From the NCBI RefSeq assembly GCF_009914755.1, contig NC_060928.1: 64,000 bases of DNA; one strand, given 5' to 3'. The stretch is from the human T2T-CHM13v2.0 reference genome, Homo sapiens. Shown piece by piece: positions 27,984 to 40,798 of this stretch (positions are counted from its first letter, which is position 1; each line of letters opens with the position of its first letter). The position numbers were made by a program, and so were the translations under genes. The notes under the pieces were generated by a model that saw only the letters and a program-made list of their open reading frames with translations, was not told the DNA's origin and ran no database searches.

Positions 27984-28589
27984 CTGTGCCTCTTTTTTTT
28001 ATAAAACCACAGAAAAATGGCCACCTACCGAAACTTCTAATGCTTACTCTTATAATTTATTCTCGTCGTTTGGTAAATAGTAACTCCAGCTATCTTAGGT
28101 AAATTAAAAATTAGACAAGTTTCCAAAACCCTTGATGCTACTAAAGAAAAGTCGGGTACATCTGAGGCCACTGTCACAGAAACCAAATATCTCCATTTGC
28201 TTGTGCATCCAACAGAAATAGAAAGTAATGTTCGAATCCCTGTGGGTCTACTGCCTGCAAGAAATAGCAAGAAGTGCAAACAAAGAGGTAGAGGTTATGA
28301 AATGACACATTTTTCTGGAGAAACATCCCTCAATACAATCCTTATATCAGACTATCTCTACATCTCTCTCAGTGTTGAGGTCTGTAACTCAAAACCGCCT
28401 CAAGCAACCCTGAAAAACACATGATTGGAAACCCATGGTTTAGTAACAAAGCCGTACTCTTAGTAAAGCTACAGATGAGGAACCTGGCCCAAGCAGCTCT
28501 TGTGGCGGTACCGGCAGGTACTAAGGTCCCATTGGCACTGTGCATCTGACTACCCACATCCACAGGGACCTCAGTTTTGTCTTCCTCCC

Positions 28590-28750
28590 ACAGCCTACTG
28601 AGTGAGGTATATGTTACGATTTCCATTTTATAGCTGAGGAAACCAAGAAGCAGATTTTAACTATTTAGTCAAGGAACTTGCAGGATAATAAGTGTCTAAG
28701 TTCAAAACCCAGGTCATGCGACTCCATATGCTATTACTTAATCACCCACT
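28590..28750 (+). mobile_element. MIR
   Basis: ttccattttatagctgaggaaaccaag...ttcaaaacccaggtc. Confidence 0.6.
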
Positions 28751-28759
28751 CATTGTCTC

Positions 28760-28900
28760 CCAGCTTTTAGATTTGGAAGAGTCCCTGTCCTATGACAGAC
28801 CAGTTGAGACCTGGATTCTGTGGAGATTAAAGCCCAGGAGGTTGTACTCTTTCAAAGCTCTCAAGGCAGTTCTGGTAATTGCTAGGTATGCGGATCCCTG
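28760..28900. mobile_element. MER5-like hAT-Charlie fragment
   Basis: agaccagttgaga...gattctgtgg...gcccagga...ttcaaagctctcaaggcagttctg. Confidence 0.45.
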
Positions 28901-29677
28901 CACTAGATGCTGAGGAAGGAGAGGAAATGTCAGCAGGGAGTTTCCACCACTTCAGTCTCACATAGTGAAACACAGAAAGGGTCCCAGCTGTCCCCAAAGA
29001 GATTCAGCGCCTCTCCACAGAACCAATCACAAAGCCAGAACAAAGACTATTTCAGAACATTGGAGAGTTTCCCAAAACCTGTTAAAAGGAAAATTCTACC
29101 ATCTTCTAAAAAGTCAGTTATTAAAGGAGAACTGAAAGTGAGAGACTTTTTCATAAATTCCTCGGTGTTCATTCTGTATCATCCACAGAGAGGGCTTCGG
29201 GTTAGCCAATTTCAAAAGGACAGTGATCAGAAAGGGGCTGAGTGACATTTTATGCTTTAATGTAGATGAAAATCGACAGCAAAATCACTTAATGCCATTT
29301 ATTGATGTTCACATGAAAATGAATACAAGTGAAAATTCATTTCGTGAAAGAGCTTTTCCTGAAGTGCATGCCCAGAATCTAAAGCTTTATGCTTAAACAC
29401 CGAGATTCTTAAGAATTTGCTGTTGCACTTTTTTCTAGATCAAAGGAGTTCTAGGGTGACACAATCTGAAATCTAACTTGCAAGACACAAAATTGATACA
29501 GATAAAGTAGATCTTTTTAAGCATCTGCACGCATGCATGCATACACATACACACACACACAACCAAACCTAGTCCCACAGAAACCGCAAAAGCCATGCAA
29601 CTACAAAAGCGCTGACCAAACCCAGCAACATACACTATGGACCCTCTTGAAATGTGCAACAGGCCTGAGTAGACTGG

Positions 29678-30067
29678 AATAGTTCAGGTGTTTGTCCCCT
29701 CAAAATCTCGTGTTAAAATGTGATCGCTAGTGTTGCAGGTGGGGTCTGGTGGACGGTGTTTGGGTCATGGGGCAGGATCCCTCAAGAATGGCTTGGTGTC
29801 GTTCTCGTGGTAATGAGTAAGCTCTCACTCCATTAGCTCCGGTGAGAGCTGATTATTCAAAACAGCCTGTCGCCTGCACCATTCTCTCTTCCTCCCTCTC
29901 TTGCCATGTAATGCCCTTTGCCTCCCATCCTGAGGCCTTAACAGAGGCAGATGCCAAGGTCATGCTTCTTGTACAGCCTAGAACCCTGACCCAAAGAAGC
30001 CTCGTTTTTTTATAAATTACCCAGCCCCAGGTAGTCCTTTGTAGCAACATGAAACAGACTAACCCAC
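29678..30067 (+). mobile_element. MaLR solo LTR (MST-like)
   Basis: tgtttgtcccctcaaaatctcgtgttaaaatgtgatc...tataaattacccagcc...gtagcaacatgaaacagactaa. Confidence 0.85.
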
Positions 30068-30800
30068 AGACATGTCTCCAAAAAAAGATACACAAATAAC
30101 AAACGTTGGTGAGGATGTGGAGAAACTGGAATCCTCACACATCGCTGTGGAAATGCAAAATGGTACAGCCACTCTGGAGAAAAAGTTTGGCCATTCCTCA
30201 AGAAAGTGAAACACAGAATTACCTGATGATCCAGGAATTTTACACCTGGATATATACCCAAAGAATTCTAAGCCAACATTCAAACCAAAACATAAATGTT
30301 CATAGCAGCACTACTTTCAAAAGCCAAAAGATGGAAACAACCCGAGTGTCCATCAGCTGATGAATGGGTAAACAAAATGTGGTATATCCATACAATGGAA
30401 TATTATTCAGCCACAAAAAGGAATAGAGTATTGACACATGCTACCATGTGGACGAACCTTGAAAACATTATGCTGGATGAAAGAAGCCAGACACAAAAGG
30501 CCAAAAATTGAATGATTCCATTTACATGAAATATTCCAGAAAAGACAGAGAGCAGAGAGCAGACAGAGAGCAGAGATCCATAGAGACAGAGAGCAGATTA
30601 CTGGTTGCCACAAGCTAGGGGGGAGGGAAATGGGAAGTGACTGATTAATGGGTACAGCATTTCCTTTTGGAGGGATAAAAAGTTCTGGAACTGGACAGTG
30701 GTGATGGCTGCATGACATCGTGAATGTCACTTTAAAATGGTAAATATTTTTTAAACTACATGTCACCTTTACCTAGTTTTTCATACTTCAGGAAAAAAAA
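30068..30800 (+). mobile_element. L1MB-like 3' region
   Basis: gttggtgaggatgtggagaaactggaa...gatgaatgggtaaacaaaatgtggtatatccatacaatggaatattattcagcc; internal (GAGAGCA)-type expansion at 30545-30598. Confidence 0.9.
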
Positions 30801-31549
30801 GAAAAGACTAATAAACTTATCAGAAATATCTTTAAAATTGTATCACAGATTCTTTTTTTGAAGAAGACCATATGAAAAGGTAAGAGAAAGCAAGATTCAT
30901 TTTAAAACTGAAAGAGATTCTGACCAGTAAACATTCTGGTCACAAGTTGTGTGTTCCATGGGACATGACGGTGTTGCTATGTGTGTGTAGACCCCGTGAC
31001 GTCAGTATGTGCCAGGTGTCTCATCCCCGAGTGACCAGTCCTGCACACGTGGTGGTGGTACATGCTGTGTATAGACAGACGCGCCATGACAGGGCCCACC
31101 ATTTGTACGTGTGTGCACAACTCTGCCCATCTGAAGGAAGGCAGGAGAGATGAGCGCTGCTTGACTTCAGAAAAGCATCTGACATTATTTTGAGCAATGT
31201 AGAACAATGTTCCTTGGCCCCACATGGAAACTAGTTCTGTTATCTCCTCTGCCTCTTCTTCCCCCCAACATTTGCAAGACGTTCCAATTAGTGTGCTATT
31301 TTTGTCTGGACTCCTTACCGTGGTCAGAGATAGCCTGATGTTTACACAAACACAAGTCTACTCTCAAAGTGAAAAAAAGGGAAAGATCTGATGATTCCCC
31401 TGCCTTAGTGCATGGATCCAGGAAGAACTAAGAACATCAATAACCCCACCAGAGTTGGGGGTCACATGGAGCCACGAGAGAAACCAGGACCCCGGATGTG
31501 ACTGCCTCCTTCCTTCCTCAAGAAATGGCCCAGGGAACCACAAGCAAGC

Positions 31550-31870
31550 ATGTGGACAAACCCAAAACTAACCTGGTCTCAACAAGTCAATGGCGAGAAG
31601 GAAAAAAACAGAGGCCCACAGTCAGCAGAGACTTAGAGTCATAAACACCAAACACAACCTGTGGACAGTCTTTGAATTCTGATTTGAACAAATCAACTGT
31701 AAAAAGATTATTTGGGAATACTCAAGGCATTCTTAATATGAATGGAGCAGTGATGATATTAAACAGTACTAATTTTGTCCAATTAACAATGGTATATTGT
31801 GGATATATAAGAAAATGCCCTTATGTCTTACAATGTATGCTGTCAGGGAGCTGCTTTAATATACCAGATA
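31550..31870 (+). mobile_element. Old L1 (L1MC/ME-like) fragment
   Basis: gaattctgatttgaacaaatcaactgtaaaaaga...aatggtatattgtggatatataagaaaatgcccttat. Confidence 0.55.
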
Positions 31871-31879
31871 CGCACAGAT

Positions 31880-31900
31880 ACACACACACACACACACACA
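31880..31900. repeat. (CA)n microsatellite
   Basis: About 10 uninterrupted CA units. Confidence 0.9.
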
Positions 31901-32155
31901 AAGATAAGGCAAAATATTCATACATCTAGATACAGGCATATGAAAATTTGCTATCCTATTTCTTTTTGTCATTGGGCTACTCAAACATGCTATGCACATT
32001 TGCAAATACCCATAACCAAAGGTAAATTGCCCCAGCCAAGGTCTCATTCATGAGCTGGTTATAATGCACTTTTCCAAACTTCCTCGCTGTTCCTTCAGAG
32101 GAATCCAAGGGACCCATTCCATTCCCACCCTCCTTCAAACTTATTAAAAGTAGGT

Positions 32156-32579
32156 GCTATGGTTTGAATATTTGCCCCCTATGACACTTATATTGACATT
32201 TAATCCCCAATGTGGCAGTACTGAGAGGTGAGGCCTTTAAGAGGTGATTGAGTCATGAGGGCCCTGCCCTCATGAATGGATTAATCCATTCAGGGATTAA
32301 TGGATTAATGAGTTGTCATGAGGGGTAGGATTGTGGCTTTTTAAGAGGAAGAGAGACCTGTGCTAGCACGTGAGCATGCTCTTTCCCCGCACCGGGTGAT
32401 ATCCTGCACTGCCTCAGGACTTTGCAGAGGGTCCCCACCAGCAAGAAGGCCCTCACCAGATGCAGCCCCTCAACCTTGGACTTCTCAGCCTCCATAACTG
32501 TAAGAAATAAATTCCTCTTCTTTACAAATTATCCAGAGTCAGGTATTCTGTTAGAAGCAACAGGGAACAGACTAAGACA
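32156..32579 (+). mobile_element. MaLR solo LTR (MSTD-like), complete
   Basis: Starts tgctatggtttgaat, has AATAAA near 32506 and ends aacagactaagaca. Confidence 0.9.
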
Positions 32580-33663
32580 ATAGAGGATGGAAACAAATTT
32601 AAGGCATTAATTAACCAACTCTTTCTCTCTTACTAAGAATGGAGTAGGTTGAATGGACTTTCTGAGAGCCATGTGACAACTGCCAAGCCAGTGTCCATAA
32701 ATCTGATTATCTTAACAGAACAAAAACACCACCAATGTTGCTCCCCTTCAAGTCCATGACATTCATCTGTGTATTCCCAGAACAATTTTGACAGAGGGCC
32801 TCCCACTTACCAGGCACTAGGCCTGGCCCTGAGCATGCAGACATGAAGAAGATAGCCAAGGCACCGGTGCATGGGGCTCCCAGCCTGGAGCACTTCACAA
32901 TAAACATGAACACATCCTGAATGCCGACTGAAGCAGAAGTGAGTCCCACAGCCCCATGGACAGTGTATTCTAAGAGTTACAACAATCTTCAGTGGCAAAA
33001 GAGATCTTGGAATGACCTCAAACCACTCAAAATATAAACAAGGATTCCCAGGCAGAATGCTTGTGAATGGGAGGGAAGAACATTAGGCTCTCAGTTAAGT
33101 ATTTATATGGACAGATGAATGCCAACAAGCCTAAGTTAACGGAAACCTATAAAAAAATGCCCTGTGGGAGTGTAGGTATGGAGAGAAGAGATCCTGACCC
33201 CAGCCGAGGCCTGCAGTGACAGTGATGGCAGTGCCCATGTGCACGAGCAATGCCACGTGCCCACTCTGGCTAGGCCTCAGCAGGATGCAGCTTGACAGGG
33301 CCTCGGGGCCACAGTGCAGGCCTCGGCCTCTGTTCCAGGGCGGTGCTGAGAGGCGGCACGGGCCGGCAGCCACGGGCACGCTCTCCTTCATCAGCCTGGC
33401 TCAGGTCCAGCTGTAGCGGAGGAGCCCTGTGAGATGACACAGAGGTCTCCTTTCCTTCCATGCCTCGGGAAGAGAACTCTCGAGCCAAGAGCCAGATGAG
33501 TGACGCTCAGCAGGTAAGGACTGCCTGAAAGGGGCCAAGTGTTCATTTGCACAAAGGGAAATCCATTTGCCTTCTGGTCCTGTATCAGAAAAACATGGAC
33601 AAAATAGATGGAAGAAAAGGCATCTCAACTGAGAGTCCCAGAAAGGAAGTGACCCTTAGAGGG

Positions 33664-34455
33664 TGCATCAATCTCCTAAGACTGTCATGAAAAATTACAC
33701 AAACTGGGTGGCTCACAGCAACAGAAATGTATTCCATCACAGTCCTGAAGGCCAGAAGTCCAAAATCAAGGTCTCTGCAGGGCTCACTCCGGTTTTTTTT
33801 TGTTTGTTTGTTTGTTTGTTTGTTTGTTTGTTTGTTTTTGAGATGGAGTCTTGCTCTGTCACCCAGGCTGGAGTGCAGTGGTGCAATCTCAGCTCACGCA
33901 ACCTCCACCACTGCAACCTCAACCTCCCAGGTTCAAGTGATTCTCTTGCCTCAGCCTCCCAAGTAGCTGGGATTACAGGCACCTGCCACCACACCCAGCT
34001 AATTTTTGTGTTTTTAGTGGAGATGGAGTTTCACCATGTTGGCCAGGCTGGTCTCAAACTCCTGACCTCAGGTGATCTGCCCAACTCAGCCTCCCAAAGT
34101 GCGGGGATTACAGGCGTGAGCCACTGCGCCCAGCCAGGGCTCACTCCTTTCCAAGGCTCTGGGAAGGATCCTTCCTCGCCTCTTCTTGGAGTCCCTCGGC
34201 TGTGGCTGCCTATTTCCAGTCTCTGCCTCAGTCCTCACATGCCCCTCTCCTCTGTGTGTGCCTTCTCCTCTTCTGTCTCTTATAAAGACACTCCTCATTG
34301 GCATCAGGGCCCACCCAGAAAATCCAGGATGATTTCATCTCAAGGTCCTTCACTATATCTGCAAAAACCCTTTTTCCAAATGAGGTGACATCCACAGGTT
34401 CTGGAGGTTAGGATGTGGACATATCTTCTCCGGGAGCCACAGTTCCATCTACTAC
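33664..34455 (-). mobile_element. MaLR solo LTR (MLT1-like), split by an Alu
   Basis: aaactgggtggct...caacagaaatgtatt...gaagtccaaaatcaagg...tctgcaaaaaccctttttccaaatgaggtgacatccacagg...ctactaca. Confidence 0.85.
33793..34135 (-). mobile_element. AluS with (TTTG)n tail, inserted in the MLT1 LTR
   Basis: TSD agggctcactcc at 33779-33790 and 34136-34147; small internal duplication of gcaacctc near 33895-33925. Confidence 0.95.
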
Positions 34456-34709
34456 AGCACCAAGAAGGGACTAATGGTTAGTCTAAACCAACCACAGCGG
34501 TCAACATATCAGGCACCTGCTCAACAGGAGAGGTGTGAGACACTGTCTCTTCTCCACTGCATCCTGCCAACCAAAACTAGTGGAGGTATTTTTGAAAAAG
34601 GAAAAGCAGAAGCAGACCACTTGCTTCTCTTTAGAACACAGGAGCATTTGCTTTCCTCTCCCACTCCACATCAAACAGTAATGCTACCTTGTTCCTCAAA
34701 ACAGAATCT

Positions 34710-34860
34710 TACTTAACCTCTCTGTGCCTTGGTTTCCTTGTCTGTAAAATGGAAAATATTAACTGTACCTACCCCATGGTGGCGGAACGTGAGCTAATGC
34801 ATGTACCTTGCTTAGAAGGGTGCCTGGCACACAGTAAGTGCTGAGTACAAGTCAGCTTTC
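34710..34860 (-). mobile_element. MIR
   Basis: ttacttaacctctctgtgccttggtttccttgtctgtaaaatgg...gtgcctggcacacagtaagtgct. Confidence 0.8.
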
Positions 34861-35193
34861 ATTCAGTGTCATTTGCTACCCTGGCTCTCCAGCTCCCCTT
34901 TACTCTGGTCCCCCCTTCCTTATACCTCCACGGCACCCCTGCTAACTGAGCTGACCAAGGAGCAACTCCATTTCTTGTTTGTTTCTTTGGAAGAAGCTGA
35001 TTACATATGTAAATCTAAAACACTATAGATAGAGCAACCCTAGAAAAATACATTGTGGTAAGACCTTGAGATATGGGACAGGTCACAGGAAATAAGCAGA
35101 TGGTTTCTTCATTTCTATTTACTTAGTGCCTCACCTTGTTTCAGAAAGGCTCAGACAGACATATTCAACACAGTAACATTAAATTCAAAATCA

Positions 35194-35482
35194 GGCTGGG
35201 CACTGCGGCTCATGCCTGTAATCCCAGCACTTTGGAAGGCCAAGGTGGGCAGCACTTGAGTCCTGAAGTTCCAGACCAGTCTGGGCAACATAGTGAAACC
35301 CCATCTCTACAAAAAATATAAAAATTATCCAGGAGCGCACCTGTGGTCCCAGCTACTTGGGAGACAAAGGTGGGAGGATCGCTTCAGCACAGAGGCAGAG
35401 GTTACAGTGAGCTGAGATCGTGCCACTGCACTCCAGCCTGGGTGACAGAGGGAGACCTTGTCTAAAGAAAACAAAAAAAAAA
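35194..35482 (+). mobile_element. AluJ
   Basis: Diverged dimer with small deletions. Confidence 0.88.
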
Positions 35483-36334
35483 TCAAAATAAGTGGATAAA
35501 AGGAAAATAGTAAAAAGAAATAAGATTTGAAAGATATCTGAAAAGACCCAATAAGGCCAGGAATGATATTAGTTAAAAAAAATTATACTGCAATATCCTG
35601 TTCCCTTGTTGGAAGCAGGCTACAATCTGCAATCTGGCTCTAAGCTCTTGTACCTGATACAAAGATAAAGCCTGGCCAGCTAAATTATTCATTGTGTCCT
35701 TAAGATTAAAAAAGAAAAGGGGAGGGAGTGGAGAAGAGGAAAAAGGCATTGACTCAGAACTGTTCTGGTAGGAGAGGAACTTCTCTCCTGGGCCTCCTTA
35801 AAGAAGGCATGATATATATTTAGTTGCTTTTCTAGATTATATAGTTCTAGAAGTTTTTCATTTTTGCCGACATTATCTCTTTCTGATTCACCCCTAACAG
35901 CTAGGATCAATTAAATTAAGAGTTTTTAGGTTAACAAAGTAAGGGAGTGTTTGTGCCTGGAAGGGGCAGGTTGTAAATGACTGGCTGCTTTCTTAGGAAA
36001 GGTGGACACACAGATAGGGCTTCATTACAGAGGTAAAAAGAAGGCTTTTTTTAAAGACAAAAACAAGCTTTCTTTAAACAGAGAACATGGAAAAGGAAAT
36101 GCTCCATTCCTAATATAAATCCCTGGAGTTTCCATGTCCTCTAGTCCTAAAAGGCCAGGAGAAGCAAAAAAAAGGAATTTGGAGAAGGAAGAGGGTAAGA
36201 ATCCTCAAAGAAGCAAGGAGCTTTCCAAAAAAAGCAAGGAGCTTTCGAGAGGCAGTCAGCCAAAACACCAAAGGTGAGCAGACATTGGAGACTCCAGGCT
36301 GAGGCTACAGTCGTACAGGATACAAATCCTTTTG

Positions 36335-36631
<297 letters not shown>

Positions 36632-36797
36632 GCCTTTGAGATGATAACTTGATGTTTTATGATCATTTTGGGTTGGCTGGTTTTTGTCATGAATAAGCCT
36701 AAGATTTTGAATACACACGATTTTACTTTCAGCAGTCCGCATGGGCGTGTTTCAGCCAGGACCTCTCTCACACATACACCCACCCTGACCCACTCAC

Positions 36798-36884
36798 CTT
36801 GTTAAGCCACTTGAGCCCCGGGATCGTGTTGGAGTTTATCTGCTCCTCCAGCCACGGGCGCATGCGCATCCTTTCCACCGGCAT
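36798..36884 (-). CDS. IRF2: IRF2 exon 2, first coding exon (aa 1-29, [29 protein letters not shown])
   Basis: Minus-strand translation matches the IRF2 N-terminus as I recall it. GGCACC-ATG at 36884; donor AAG|GTGAGT at 36798/36797; 87 nt, phase 0. Confidence 0.98.
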
Positions 36885-36890
36885 GGTGCC
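36885..36890 (-). other. IRF2: 5'UTR portion of IRF2 exon 2 (6 nt); exon 1 is non-coding and outside the window
   Basis: Pyrimidine tract tttctctctccctc-aag|GGCACCATG, with the acceptor AG at 36892-36891. Confidence 0.88.
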
Positions 36891-38088
36891 CTTGAGGGAG
36901 AGAAACACAGCGTCAGGCGTTGGTGCCACTCAGTGTGGTGTCTGCACTGCAGAGTTCTACACCCCGCCTGACTCTTTCCTTCTCTCCTTTCCTGGGGCTG
37001 GGGACCAGGGGGCTGGGGGGTCGGTGTACTCAGGGGCTGTGCCACCTGTGCAAGCCCAGCCCTCGCACCGGCCAGGGGGCTATCTGGGGACACAGGATGG
37101 TCCAGGCCTGCCCTCCGCTGGGAGGGTCCTATGGACATTGGAGACCAGGACCCACACTCCTCCCCAGGAATTTGCCTAGAGGGAGGCTTTATCCCCACTG
37201 CACTGGCCGTGTTTTGAGGCTTCCGTTGCTCAGAGGCCCCAATGCCTTTGGGGATGATCCTTCCAAGAGCCAAGGGGTGGGCAGAGCAAAGCAGTTGTGG
37301 GAAAAAATTATGATAGCCAAGCCATTCCTTTTGAGAATCTGGGTTATACAAACGCTTTCAACCCCCAATATTAACATTTAAAGCTCGAAAGGAATCAGTT
37401 AATTTGGCTTTCCCAAAGTTTTCCACCAACTACCCGTCCCTCCTGACTTTACTTCCAGAGCCCCTGGAACCCTGCACAGGTATCTCCTTTGCTTTTGCTT
37501 TTACCCGAATGCAGTCTCTCACCCAAGTGTCTTTCTTCAATGCCAGCCTCCCCGCTGACCTGACATCACCCCCTTTTCCTTTAACTTACTTTCCCTTTGG
37601 AAATCATTTTCATAGTCTGACCACCCTTCCTCCGCCAGTCCACACAATGCCTCCCTGCTGCTTCCAGATTCCTTTCTAAGATAGACTTCTCCTGGTCCAT
37701 CGGAATAGATCCAGAGGGGAATCACTAACAAAGTACCTTCCACACTGTCCCCCACTCATCTTCACCCTATCTATGCCTGCATTCACATCTAATCTGGGCT
37801 CCAAAAGCAAAGATGGGTCAGGTGCAAGCCTCCATTCTATAGGACCTCACAGACAGTGTGACACTGTAATCCTCTTCTCAATCCTGATTGGTCCCTTCCT
37901 TCTTTTGTTCATTTCCTCCAAAATTGAGCTCTGAAAATTCTATTCCTTGGCATTTGGGCTGATGTCTCAATAACTCTCCTTCCCAGCTTGCCATGGACTT
38001 CCTCTCTCCTCTATTCCCTGCGCCCAGAACATGCCAGAGTTACAAGCATCCTTCCGTGACCCCCAGCCCCTGGGCCTCACCCTGGGCC

Positions 38089-38183
38089 TGTATGCCTCCT
38101 GCTGTCTGGCCCAGCCTTTTCCTTGTATGCCTCCTGCAGTCTGGCCCAGCCTTTTCCTTGTATGCCTCCTGCAGTCTGGCCCA
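38089..38183. repeat. 35-bp tandem repeat, 2.7 copies
   Basis: tgtatgcctcctgcWgtctggcccagccttttcct starts at 38089, 38124 and 38159; one mismatch among copies. Confidence 0.95.
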
Positions 38184-38522
38184 CTGACTGCTGCAGACAC
38201 CTCCTGCTCCGTGCTCATCCCGTGCCCTCTGCTCTTCATTCCCTGGCCTTGCAGGTCCTTATCCGCCCTCTAAGACCTAGCCTCCTCCTCCACAAGGGCT
38301 TCCCAGACCACTCCCGCCTAAAGTAGTCCCTCTGCCTCCAGCTCCTATGTTACTCACTGATCTTACACTGCTCCTTTGAAAAACCAAACATTGCTTTAGG
38401 GCAGTTGTTTTAAGTAAAGTCTTTCATCTTATCCCTTGCCTTACCTATACACCTCTCAGCTGTGTATAGTCCACTCTCTTTTCCTAACCAAATTTAAGTT
38501 CTACCGCAGGAAGAGCATCACC

Positions 38523-38815
38523 TTTTTTTTCTGGAGGCAGGGTCTCACTCTGTCACCCAGACGGGAGTGCAGTGACATGATCACAGCTCACTGCAGCCTC
38601 AACCTCCTGGGCTCAAGCGATTTTCCCACCTCAGCCTCCCAGTAGCTGGGACCACAGGTGTGAGCCACCACGCCCAGCTATTTTTTTTTATTTTTTGTAG
38701 AGCTGGGGTCTCCCTATGCTACCCAGGCTGGTCTCAAATTCCTGGGCTCAAGCAGTCCTCCCACCTTGACCTCCCAAAGTGCTGAGATTACAGACATGAG
38801 CTCCCATGCTCCGCC
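38523..38815 (-). mobile_element. AluJ
   Basis: Reverse-complement diverged dimer. Confidence 0.9.
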
Positions 38816-39064
38816 CTCTTCTAGGTCTTTTGCTAGTCCTACAAAGCGCAAATGTTGCCTTCCACATAGGAAACACTCACTGCCAGGCCCAGGCCAGCTC
38901 TGAAGACGGCTCTGAGGGCCTAGGTGGGGTGCCGTCAGAGGTTGGCCTCCTCCACTCATATGGAGGCTCCAGCCACCATTCTTTGAGACACAAACGGGAA
39001 CCTTAGAGATATTTCACAAGAACACGGAATGGCCACAAGGAGTTGCAGATACTGCTGCTCTTGG

Positions 39065-39300
39065 TCTCATTCATTCATCTGTTCCATTCATTCATTTGTT
39101 CATCCACCCATTCAAAGGTCATGTATTGAGAATGATGCTCCAGGAACAGGGAAAGATGACATTCCCTGCCATCTAGGAACTCCCAACCTAACAGGACACT
39201 GGAAAGAAGGGAGGTACCATGCCCCATGAAGATGATAAAGAGTTTCAGAAAAGACTAGGGAGTGCTGGGAAAAGCTGTGCACAGAGGAGTGCACTGGTGA
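39065..39300 (-). mobile_element. L2 3' end
   Basis: (TTCA)n-like tail tcattcattcat...catgtattgag, followed by L2-like sequence. Confidence 0.6.
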
Positions 39301-39958
39301 CCCCTCAAAGGCTCACCCTGCAAGAGCTCTGCCCGCCAGGGTGGTGACCACCAGCCCAGCCTGATCTTCCCTCTGGAAAAGACCTCAAGACACAGATTGG
39401 AGACCACTAAATCCAGAGCGGCGGTCAAGAAAATAGAGGGAAGAGCGAGGGAAGAGTAGTTACAGGATAGGGGTAGGTATAGTGGTCACGAGTAGAGAGC
39501 AACAGACGCCAGTTCTCCTGACAGCCTGACGTGCAGAAGTGCTGTGCGTGGTCCCTGGCGCTGCAGCTGAGCCTGAGCCTGGCAATATGGAAACACGAGA
39601 GGCGTGTGGAAGTGGCCTGCCTCCAGCTAGTACTCAGAATATAATATTTCCTCCATTATGTTTCTCACAAATAACCAGTTGGGGGAAAAAAAAAAAAAAC
39701 AATGGTCACATCTGAAATAGTTCAAAAAGCCATATGGTATGGTTCCTATTCAGGTGACCCCCTCCAGCCCACAGTGGTTCCCGTTCTTATATTAGTGATG
39801 GCTTTTAAAGTTCACACAGACAGGCATCTCTCTGAAAGACAGCGAAGATCAGTTTTAAACGGAAACAGTAGTTGAAAAAGTCAATTGTCAGGTAAAGCAA
39901 AGCACCAAGACAAAAAACCCAACTTTCTGTCTTTAAAACTAAAGCCTGTGTGTGAAGA

Positions 39959-40490
39959 CACATTCGATCCACACTGTTCGCAGATTCTGTATCTGTGAAT
40001 TTGCCTACTCACTGAAACATATCCACAACCCCCAAATCAATACTCAGATGCGTTGGTGGTCACTCGGGGACGTGTGCTGAATTCAAGTCATCTGATGCAC
40101 GTGTTCCCAGCTGAGGCTGGACAAGGCCACACCCTGCCTTCCCGCTCTTGCTCTCCTATGGCAGACAAGTGTTCTTTTCACAGGCTACGGAGTGCGACAT
40201 TTGTCACATCGTTGTGCTTTTTTTGGTGACTTTGCTGTTTAAAATGGCCCCCAGGCATTGTGCTGAAGTGCCTTCCCGGGTTCCTAAGAACCAGAAGGCT
40301 ATGATGCGCCTTACAGGGAAAATACGTATATTAGATAAGCTTTGCTCAGGCATGCATTATAGTGCTGTGAGTTCAATGCTAATCAATCAACAATAAATAT
40401 TACAGAGGGTGTCTTCAAACAGAAACACATAAGACAAGGTTATACAATGATCAGCTGACAAAATACTGTGACCAGTAGCTCGCAGGAACC
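39959..40490 (+). mobile_element. MER6A-like TcMar-Tigger element, right end missing
   Basis: gattctgtatctgtgaatttgcctactc...ccccaaatcaatactc...gttcccagctgagg...gctcgcaggaacc. Confidence 0.75.
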
Positions 40491-40493
40491 CGA

Positions 40494-40798
40494 TGTCCTT
40501 ATAAGAAGAGGGAAGTGTGGACACAGACACACAGAAGAATGCCGCGTGAAGACACAGACACAGAGGGAGGATGGGCACGTGAAGCCAAAGGCAGAGACTG
40601 CAGTGAGGCTGCTGCAGCTAACCATGCCTGGAGCCATCAGAAGCTGGAAGAGGCAAGGAAGGATTCTCCCCAAGACCCTTGAGGCAGAGCAGGGCCCTAC
40701 TGATGCCTTGATCTGAGACTTCTGACCTCCAGAATTGTGATGGAATACATTTCTGTTGTGTGAGAGCCATCTGTTACGGCAGCCCTGAGCAACTAACA
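40494..40798 (+). mobile_element. MLT1-like LTR, 5' part missing
   Basis: tgtccttataagaagagg...gccatcagaagctggaagaggcaaggaaggattctcc...gacttctgacctccagaattgtga...aactaaca. Confidence 0.85.

Noticed and set aside
29526-29561. 36-bp alternating purine-pyrimidine tract
   Set aside because: Mostly a CA/AT microsatellite; common and a weak Z-DNA former.
30545-30598. (GAGAGCA)-type repeats
   Set aside because: Local slippage within an L1 3' end.
32272-32292. Palindrome tgaatggattaatccattca
   Set aside because: Part of the MST LTR consensus as I recall it, so not locus-specific.
33663-34388. 241-aa ORF
   Set aside because: Made entirely of MLT1 LTR, (TTTG)n and antisense Alu, giving typical Alu-derived peptide.
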